Positions 54,160 through 64,000 of a stretch of DNA of 64,000 bases are shown piece after piece. A program made the translations under genes and the position numbers. Positions within the stretch are counted from its first letter, which is position 1, and each line of letters opens with the position of its first letter. The stretch lies in NCBI RefSeq assembly GCF_009914755.1, contig NC_060929.1. The stretch is one strand, 5' to 3'. This DNA is from the human T2T-CHM13v2.0 reference genome, Homo sapiens. Under the pieces are notes generated by a model. The model had not been told where the DNA came from, ran no database searches, and worked only from the letters and a program-made list of their open reading frames with translations.

Positions 54160-55260
54160 TTCCCATCTCAGTATATTTTCCTGAAAAATAGGGTACCCAT
54201 TCTTAAATGTACATACATAGAGCTATACATATATGAACATACCACATGCACACAGATTCACATACACACATATGTATTTAAATAAATTACAAATTAGTAT
54301 CATACATACATTAGATGTTGTAAACTGCTTTTAAGTAGTGTATCCTGATGATTTTATCATGTCAGTGAATATTCTTTTGGATTGTTTTCAATGTTAATTT
54401 ATTTTCAATTATGTAGATATGCCGTAATTTATTTAATTCATTTCTTCATAGTTATACTTTGATTGTTTGTAATGATTCCCTATTATGGAAATACAATGAA
54501 CATATATATTACACTTTTCAGATTCTTTTCTTATGTGATTATTTACAAAGATTTTATTAGATAGAATGAAATAACATCCTAAATAACATCTATGAGAGTA
54601 ACCAACTTCCCAACACATTCACAAATATTGGATATCACAATTATATTTTTAATCTATCAATTAGTTTAAAAATTATTTCAATAATGTTTTAATCTCTTTT
54701 TATTAAAAACTGGTGAGATTGACAGTGGTTTATTACATATACTTATTCTTCTTTTGGTTCATGTACTTTGCTCATTTTTCAGTTGGTACTCTCATCCTCA
54801 TTAACTTTAAAGAACTATTTTGATGTAGATTTTACAGTTTTATTTATTCTGTTCTGTCAGTATGATGTCACATAACTTTCTTTAGGTCTGGAAACATTTC
54901 AGGCTTCATCATTTTCAGTATTCTTATTAATCTTGGACTATTCACTTTTCTTTAAATGCTATTGATGTAATTGGGCTTTTAATCTGCCTTCCATATCCTA
55001 ACATACTTTTGATATTTTCTGTGGCCTTTTCTACGAAGTTAGAGTTCTTCCTTCCTATTTTTATAATGTTTTTGTGAAATTTATAGTTATTTGTTTACTT
55101 TGTCTCAAAATTTTCAAATTTTATTTTAATAATCTTGCTTAATAATATCCTATTCTCATTTAGGGGGCCTAGATTCTGCTTTATCTTGTAGAGAATTCTA
55201 AATATACTTTTTTTAAAGTTATTTTCAGATTGCTCAATTATTACTAATTTTTAGGTAGTC
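54160..55260 (-). mobile_element. Highly decayed L1M fragments
   Basis: 'gattccctattatgga...cattttcagttgg'-type antisense L1 3' motifs. Confidence 0.5.
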
Positions 55261-56819
55261 TGGTTGACTAGTGTTGATCATCCTGGTGATTCTAAATTAC
55301 TCCCAAATTTTCAAACAAATAAACAATGGTTCAAAGAAGTTTAATAATTTGTTAAATGTCACACAGTGAATACATGGATAAGTTAAGAAAGGTGCAGATG
55401 GTCAAATTGCCTCAATTGTGTGATGATTTAATGAGATAATGCATAAAAAGTTTCTGACACATAGTGCATGTCCATAATTGTTGGATGGTGGCCTCTACAT
55501 CCTACCATTCCTCTCAATCACAAACATCATTTTGCTTTACTGTAAAATGATGACTATGTTAATATGCAATTAATTACATAACTTCATTTTATCTCTGAAG
55601 ACCTCATAGGTCTTTTCTCATACAGGTTACAGACTACACAGCTAAAAATGATGTTTTCTAGGAAATAGGGGATTATTCAAGTTAATAAGAATATTCTAAG
55701 TGAACAGTTAGAACAATCTTCCTGCAATCCTTGCCTACTATTATCATTGAAGACATATACTATGCCTCTATCTCAGTCCCTTGAATAGATGTTCATAAAC
55801 TAAAACTTCCCCTGCAAAAAATTTTACTCTCTTCCAGATTTCTAAAATTGCAACAAATCATTTTTAGATGTGATTTTAATGAGGCATTGTTATAGAATAA
55901 CATTTTTTAAAAAGAACTTTCTGCCATCCATATCCATAGAATTATTAGAGTTGCTTCTGCTGCAAAAAAACATAGCTGGATCTAGTTTAAATTTAATTGC
56001 AATTTGCGGGTTTGATAATAGCCTTATCAGAACAATACTAAAAGCTAGATCAACGTCATGTGAATTTTGCCATGTTTCAATATTTATTTTATCATATTGA
56101 ATATATTCATTTTTTTCTACAAAGACCACTCGAAACTTCACATAGTGATCATTTTCTGACTTCCACATCTTTTGAGACTGCTGTAGCCCAACTGGAATGA
56201 GAGGGGGATCTGTAAAAGGAACTCTGCTCACATACCAGTTAGACAGCTGTCACCTGAGGTCTTTTTAGGGAGTCAGTGATATTGAAGAACTAACAAAGGC
56301 ATGACTAACAGAAGTCATTTTCCCTGTTTGTACCTTCTTCTTAAAGTAAATGCTTTAACAACCACATATAATTATTGTTGTTCTTTTTGCTGTTAGGCTC
56401 TAGAGAGTTGTTTGAGAAAGTATAAGATCCTGTGTAAACAAATATTGGTCCACTTACTTGTTTATCAGTTGGAGCACTGATGCTGTTTTCTCATTTCATG
56501 TCTATAAATCATCATGAACAAAATAGTTTTGTGCTGTTGGCTATTTATTAAAGCTAAAAGATCAAGTTATTGATTGTGTGTATCTTATTTTACTTAGTTT
56601 GAAATCTACATGAACTTGAGAAAGTGGTAATATGATGAGCAGAGGTGAGTGTGAGGACCGATGGTGCATGAAGGAGTCTTATATGGAAAGATTAGAAGTT
56701 TCATTTGTATGTGGCAAATTTATGAACCATGCAAAGAAATTCTGAGGAGTCACTGGTAAATGTAATATCGATACACTCAGGCTTTTCGGTGTGAGGAACT
56801 CTTTACACGCTTAATAAAG

Positions 56820-58600
56820 TGACATAGTTCTTGAAGAAATGTCTGCCAAATGCTCAAATTTGAATAATCATAGTTTTCTGTCATCCATTCATTTAGGTAT
56901 AAAAATGTGTTCCACAAAAAAAGTATCTACTACTATTGCTCACACCTCAATTAAACAAAGGTTTTTCTTTGAGACATCTATTGTATTTTGGTATGCGGCA
57001 AAGTGTTTTACATGGTTCCCGTTTTTTCAAACAGTATATTAAAAAGTCTATACTCAAGGTTTGAGATGTAGCAAAATTAATATGGTTTAATTGCATCATC
57101 AGGGACATCCTTAAAGGAAATGAATTCTTATTTTTCTGTGAATGTATGGTGATAAAGAAAACAGTATAGTGAGTATAGTGTTTGGCTAATGCCTTGAATT
57201 ACACTGAAGCACCTGCAGTTCACCTACCATTGCATTTGTACTATCAGTGCACATGTCAACATAGTTGTTGCAGGATAAGCCATGAAAGTCAAAAAGGTTA
57301 TTTAACACTTTAGCTATTTGCTCCTTTTATGTTTGTTATCAAACATTTACATAAAGAATCATATTCAGTGATTAGCTGGTGTTGAATAGAGTCCAGCCAC
57401 ATTTGGAGATTTACTCATTTGTAGTTACAATTCTGCAAGTGAGACAGTCTTCATGTTCATAGATGAATCTTTAATTCAATGAGTTACTGAATCATCAGAA
57501 AGTGGAACTTTGTAATTCTTTTTACTGACTCTTCATCAAGAAGGTATTCATTAATGTCAACTGTACGAAGCTTTTTTTTTTTTTTAGTCTTTTAACTATT
57601 GTGTACAGGTCTCCAGCCAACACATTACAATAACTTAGTCTCTAAGAGTCTTTAGTTGTTCTTTTCTAGTTTGAAATGCTGTAGCAGGAGCTTATCATGT
57701 CTGTTTAAAATATTAAATTTTTTTCCTTAAATTATAAATGTTTGATTTCAATATTGCATCACATCATAACTGACACTATAACACTATTCAAAAATATTCT
57801 GTTGCATAAAACACAGTAAGATGAAGTATTAGTATCTATAATCCCAAATGAAATAAAAATTTCATCATATTTTTATTTCTTATTTATAGTTTCACTAGTT
57901 TCTTTTGAATCATTTTCTCCCTCCTATGAGTTTGATATCTCTCTGATGTTAAAGTTTTGCCTTTTTCAGCATCTTTAGAGGTAGCTGGCGCAGTTACATG
58001 TTGATAAAGTGAGTCTTCTAATCTCCCTTGTGTTAAGTAAATGATCTATTATTCAACATAAGACAAATATATGGCAATATTTTATTTAAATAAAATATTT
58101 CAAAGTTCTAAAATAACTGTTTTAGATAAATTTAGAAAAAATTTAAATATACTGCAAAACAAGATAAAATACAATTAATAATTAATTATTGTGTTTCAAC
58201 ATAGGCATAAGGAAAACTTCAGGATTTCAAAATTATGATTTTTGAGGGGATTATATAAGAATACAGAGATTAGAAAAAGTATAACTAAGGCTAACTAGAA
58301 GATCAAAGTATAAGTACCAAGAACAAACCAAGTTAATCTCTGAAAATACACGTTATACCTTACCTACCTTACCTACCACCTTAGAAAAATTTTGAAGACA
58401 TGAGAGCGTATGAGCACACATTCTATGCCATCAGAGCAATGATGTTATCATATATCAGCCTCTGAAACACTTCACCATACAGTCATGTGAGAATGAGCAT
58501 GAAGAAGACAAATAACATCTTAGTAATACTATGAAAATAGTTTTGACCTTGAAGACCCCTGTAAAGGTCATGGGAATTTTGCTTTTGGAAATATTACTCT
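56820..58600 (-). mobile_element. Charlie1 hAT DNA transposon, 5' part with decayed transposase
   Basis: The minus strand translates GLSCNNYVDMCTDSTNAMVG (cf. hAT CTDGA motif) and VDINEYLLDEESVK. Terminal 'atgaaaatagttttgacc...gacccc' near 58530-58560. Confidence 0.85.
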
Positions 58601-59329
58601 AAATAAATAGTTGAATAAAAATTAAGATTTTCTTTCTTATATTCATTTATTTTATCATATCTATTCTCCTCTACCCTCCATACCTAAATTGTATATTGCT
58701 TTAAAAATATAAAAATCTCATACCACAAGAGTGTTAAATATTCCCACACTGAGCTCAAGATAAGAACTAATTCAGTGATGCAAAATGAACATTTAGATAT
58801 CCAAACACAAAGGACTGGAAACTGTATTTGACTTTTTCAGTTACTTTAAAAAAGTATGAATGAAAGTATTTGTTACATTCTTAAATGCAATTTAATGTTA
58901 ACTACAAGTGATGCTTTTTCCAGATTAACACATCCTTAATCATAAAATATATATAGTACATAAAAACAAAACAAGAGTATAAAATAGTATTCATTTTATA
59001 GAAGTATGTTTTACAATCTATTTGCTAGAAAATATCTATTTTAAAAATGATAAATGATCTGGACTAGTTTTAATAAATCTTGAAAGAGAAAGAAAAAAGA
59101 AAGTGGCAAAAGACAAGAATGGGTACAAAAATTATGAAAAAGTAGGAACAAAATAAAGAGAAAGGAAAGAGAAGGATCCCTTAATAACTCATATATTTTT
59201 GTATGAAGATAACCTAGGTAAATATATTTCCCAAGAAGAAGAAATATATAACTACAAATATGTTTGTATATTGTAGTTTCTTACTAATCATACATTTAAT
59301 AACACAAGCAAAAGATATGAGAAATTTGA

Positions 59330-59855
59330 TAAGAAGTATGAGCCTCAGCAGAAGCTCATTAGACCAAGAGGGAAGAACTGAAAAACATTGCCTATTTTTC
59401 CTGAGAAAGTCTGTCCTGTAAGCTGTGGCATTAGAGCTTTGCTGTTTTTTCCATCACAGTTTTAGAGCAAAGGCCTAATTGCAGAGGTATCATGCTCTAA
59501 AACATCACAAACCGAGATAGCAGATTCCTTCATATTTCAGCGAACAAATGAGACCATATATTTTATTAGTTATAGACTCTTTCTACTGGACTTTCGAGGC
59601 TGGTGGCACTTCATGGCCATGGTCATTTTGCCTACCATGTGGAGAAAATGAGCCGGAAAAATAAAGTCCAGCACAGACAAGAAAAAATAAGCAGAGCAAC
59701 CACAGGAATAAATGACAGAACTCTTGTCCTATCTGCTCTATCTCATACCAACCTCCATCTGCAACTTCCCATTTATGGGAGTTACTAAATTTTTACTTCA
59801 ACTAAATGGGGTTTGGTTTCTGCCACTTGCAGTAAAAGAATTCAGACTAATACAA
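59330..59855 (+). mobile_element. Old MLT1 LTR
   Basis: 'ggtcattttgcctaccatgtggaga...ggtttctgccacttgcag...gactaataca'. Confidence 0.6.
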
Positions 59856-61357
59856 TAATTCATCTTATTTATCTTCTATGGCAAACAACTTAATAGAGTT
59901 ATAAAGCAAATTTAGTAGAAGATAATTTCCTTTCCTGGGTCATAAGTTTAATTAATACCTTTTTTATTTTTGTTGGATACCATTTTTGAAATCCTTGAAC
60001 ATAAAGTCCTATGCTATTTTTTAGGCTATTACAGCAATGGGGGAAGAAACTCGACAAGGAGCATGGTGACTTCTGCTAAAGTTGTTTCATTAAATCCCAC
60101 AGGGAAAATGTGTTAAACATAAAGTATATATGTTTGTCCAAGAATAAATTCTTCTTTTCCTACTTAGAGATAAATATCCAAAAGACTAGGGTCCTAAATC
60201 CTATATGTTAGTCATAGAAGACAAATTTTTATGATTTTTTGACACATTTGTACTGCTAGACTTCACTAAAGCATATGAAGCACACATGTTACCCTGACAG
60301 CAAAGAAATGAAAATTATGCACTATATATATTTTTCAGTGGCATCTTTGTAGACCTTGCCAGTATCTGAACTGTTAGAACATGGTTGAATGTCAATTTTC
60401 TGCAGGAATTTTAAAGCAGGTTTATTATAGTGCTGAACATATCTGGTCATAAATTTTACCATGCAGAAAAAGCAAACTTTCTCCAAACATGAAATTTTAT
60501 AAACACCCATTAATTGTTCAATATAGCATGGCTTTTGAATGCTAGACATTTTATTAATACTGATGTGACTTTTTAGAGGCTTTTCTCCCTAAGAAAAAAA
60601 ATATAATAGATCCTTTATTTTTAACATTATGAGTTTCAGTGTAGAGTTTTGATAGTGACCTCTTCTGTCTATCAGACTACTTTAAGAAAACACTGTTAAA
60701 ATAGCATTATAGTGTTTTAAGTGATTTCGAATCTTTTAAAAAGGAATCCGTTCAACGAAAACTGAGTCAGAATTATAATAAATACCGAAAATACCTTCAC
60801 AGTTCTGTTATTTCATTCCATCCTGCTATCAACACTGCTCTCAGTTTGTCAAGGATGACATTTAAATCACGGGTAATTAAACAGTTCTCAGTTTTAAAAT
60901 AAATTGGAGAGCCCATTGTTTTGAGGTTATTTACAAAACTTTTAAGATTTTGTATTGCTATTCAGACCTTCATTTTTAACAAATGAATTGATGCTCATAT
61001 TTTTTTAAAAAGCATGAATACCCAAAAGGAAAGCTCACTTCACCAACATGGGATTTTGGTGAATATATTTTACTTACCTACCTATATACACATACATTCA
61101 TTCACACACAATTATAAAAATGAGATATTTCTATGACAGAAAGTTGAAAATAAATGTGACACAAATAGAATTGAATTTTAGTTTTATTCATGCAAGTCCA
61201 GTAAGGCACCATTCCTCAAAGTGTTAGCACAAATGTCCTTCTAGCTCATCGTTCATCCAAGCTTAAGATATGACTTTTGTCCTCATAGGCCAAAATGAGC
61301 TATCACATCAACTTTCCAGGAAGTAGGATGCAGCACTGACCACTAAAAATAAAATGA

Positions 61358-61714
<357 letters not shown>

Positions 61715-61719
61715 TAATG

Positions 61720-61900
61720 TAAAGTGTTAACTAGCCTACATTAAAAACTAACAACTAAAATTATGTTAATATATAATTTCAACGTGTAATCGTTATAAAA
61801 AGTTATACATGATATTTTTTATTTTCTTTTTTTCATACCAAGTCTTTGAAATTTGGTATGTATTTTCTACTTTCAGTATATCTCAATTTAACCCCATATC
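61720..61900. mobile_element. MER33-like hAT MITE fragment
   Basis: 'tttcaacgtgtaatc...tcataccaagtctttgaaatttggtatgtatttt'. Confidence 0.6.
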
Positions 61901-61939
61901 AACTGTTCAACTGTGCCTCCTGGTTGCCACACAGGACAC

Positions 61940-62250
61940 TTTCTTTCCAGGACTGGGAGAAATACAGGGATGTTATCTCTCATCACCTTTAAGCAATATT
62001 GTATAGGAAGTCTTAGCTAGTAAGATAGATAAGTAAAGGAAATAAACATTTTAAAGATTAGGAATAAAGAATGAAACAGTCTTTATTCATAGATGACATC
62101 ATGTATATGTAGAAAATTCCAAAGAATTGACCCAAAAATCCCTCTTGTAACTAATAAGTGAGTATAGCAAGATCACAGGATACAAGGTTAATATACGTAA
62201 TTAAATTGCTATTGTATATATCAGCAGTGAGCAATTGGAATGTAAAATAA
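61940..62250 (+). mobile_element. L1M ORF2 (RT region) fragment
   Basis: 'atacagggatgttatctctcatcacc...tttattcatagatgacatcatgtatatgtagaaaa' (QGC.LSP / FxDD region). Confidence 0.8.
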
Positions 62251-62329
62251 GTGATTTAGTCTTTATCCTGAAGGAAGGGATGAAAGCTTAGTAATGACAT
62301 GTCTCAGAGTAAAAAATTCTGTTTCAGTC

Positions 62330-62511
62330 ACCAAACGCGGCGGCTCACACTTATAATCCCAGCACTTTGGGAGGCTGATGTGCCACCCAGGCTGGAGTGC
62401 AGTGGCAGGCTCATGGCTCACTGCAGCCTCAATCCCTCAATTGAGCTATGCACCTGCCACTGCATTTCAGCCTGGATGACAAAGGAAGACCCTGTCTCAA
62501 AAAAAAAAAAA
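62330..62511 (+). mobile_element. Rearranged AluJ-type element with internal inverted duplication
   Basis: Sense head 62330-62378, antisense right-arm segment 62381-62432, then sense 3' end plus poly(A) at 62442-62511. Confidence 0.9.
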
Positions 62512-62599
62512 TTATTTTAATATTCTCAGGTACATAGTGGGAAAATTTGAATCTTCATATTGTATTCTTATTTAATACATGTTTTAACTCTAATTTGAA

Positions 62600-63600
62600 A
62601 TATTAATTTGGTTCCATTGGTTGTTTTTCTGCTTCAGATACAACAAATCTTATGCTGGATCTTCTTTGCTATCTTCTACATCTATTACCTTCTCACTGAT
62701 TCTGTTTAGTAGTATTATTATTATTAGTGCTACTATTTTATTTTCTTGTGGTTTCTCATTTATTCTCTGTGTATTTCTCACTGTATTTTCATTTGTATTA
62801 TTCTTTTGTAGGTAACTAATAATTCTGTCATTTCTGAGCTACATTCTGAGATATTCTTTTAGATCAGTTAGTTACATTTTATATCATTTCACTTTGTTCA
62901 TTTGCTTTCACTTTTAAAATTTCTGATTCACCTGGTTATGTCACATTTGCAATTTTTTGTTTAATTTTCCTTAATTTCAACCTTAGTTTTCTGTTTTGCT
63001 TTTCCTCTGCTTCTTGACCTGCCTTAACTGATGTGTTTCACCTGGCAAAGAGCTTTTTTTAAATTTATTTTCAGAGTATCTTTATGTGGCGTCTGGGTTT
63101 TGCTTTGATGGGTTTTACTTTTCTTTGTCAGATTTGTTTGGTGTGGATTTTCCTGTACCAGCAATTGCAGCATATACTTTTGAGGAACTGACACTGAGGA
63201 GGTGGTTTTCTTGGTGGTTGATTTAAAGGACTCCTTCCTCTACTATGTCTATAAATGACAGCTTTGTGTGTGTGTATTCGTTTGTTTGTTTTAAATACGT
63301 GACACTTTATTTTGTTTAACATCTTCTAATTCTTTGTTTTTGTCTTGTCTCAATAGAACTATCCTCTTCAGTTGTCCTTTTATTTTCTTTCACCCTTCAA
63401 GACACTAAGGACCCCTTCATTTTCATAGGTGTCTTTATTCCATGGAAGCACTGACTTTTCAGGGCCACTATCTCTGGTCCCATGCATTTCCCAAGCCCTC
63501 TACTTCTGACCGGCATCTGGAGCTAATTTTTCTGGTCTTGAGTGTGTATGTCCCTTATTTACAAATAACTTAGAGGAAAATTGGGGGATGTTAGAATCTA
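62600..63600 (-). mobile_element. Very old L1/HAL1-like antisense fragment
   Basis: T-rich antisense composition with scattered L1 ORF1/5'-like motifs. Weak support. Confidence 0.35.
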
Positions 63601-64000
63601 AAAAGCCACTATGTTATTCTACCTGAGCTTATAAACTTCTGCTCATTTATCACTGAATAGTGCAACATGGACATCCCTCCAAAGAAAATCTTTTTAGCCT
63701 TATTAATTCTAGGTAATGTCTATACAACATTTTATACCATGGATATACCACAATTCATTTTGGTTCTGCTAAAGGTTCTTTGTTATATAAATGAATACAT
63801 GCTGGTATATTTAAGCAGAAACTGAATTTACTAAAAGTCAGTAGGTAAAGTGATTATACAGTTGGGTCATTCCTGTTTTTAAGGTTGTTGTCTTGAGGAT
63901 AATGCACAATGCCATCCTATTTTCACTCTTGAAACAGTCCTGGTGGATGATATAGTCATCTAGTTAATGGCTCACACAATAATCAGGGAGCTTGAAAAAG

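Noticed and set aside
55890-56231. 113-aa minus-strand ORF
   Set aside because: GTG start, no homology I recognise and no convincing flanking splice sites.
56236-56258. 18-nt minus-strand microexon (cag|GTGACAGCTGTCTAACTG|gtatgt)
   Set aside because: The polypyrimidine tract is poor and no host coding gene is evident.

Overview
This is AT-rich primate genomic DNA, most likely human or another ape or Old World monkey, judging by the AluJ/AluS/AluY, L1PA, MSTA and MADE1 elements. It looks intronic or intergenic. I find no credible intact protein-coding gene. The only listed ORFs with recognisable protein content are decayed transposon pieces: L1 ORF1/ORF2, Tigger1 transposase and an ERV env TM fragment. 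A Charlie1 hAT transposase remnant shows up only on manual translation. Interspersed repeats dominate. They include about a dozen Alus, a ~6 kb L1PA, an old internally deleted L1ME, nested ERV1 proviral remnants (MER34/39-like > MER57 > MSTA), MaLR LTRs, and the DNA transposons Tigger1, MADE1, MER3, MER20 and Charlie1. The most unusual signals are: (1) a short TSD-flanked poly(A) retro-insertion whose body is an antisense Alu piece (530-681); (2) tandem RFX X-box palindromes with a CCAAT box and a perfect splice donor (9636-9680), possibly the first exon of a spliced lncRNA; (3) an Alu rearranged into a fold-back hairpin (62330-62511); (4) a palindromic 30-bp minisatellite; and (5) several deletion or repair scars that fuse unrelated elements. 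Subfamily names come from memory of consensus sequences and need RepeatMasker/Dfam confirmation. I cannot support a claim of a wholly new biological system.
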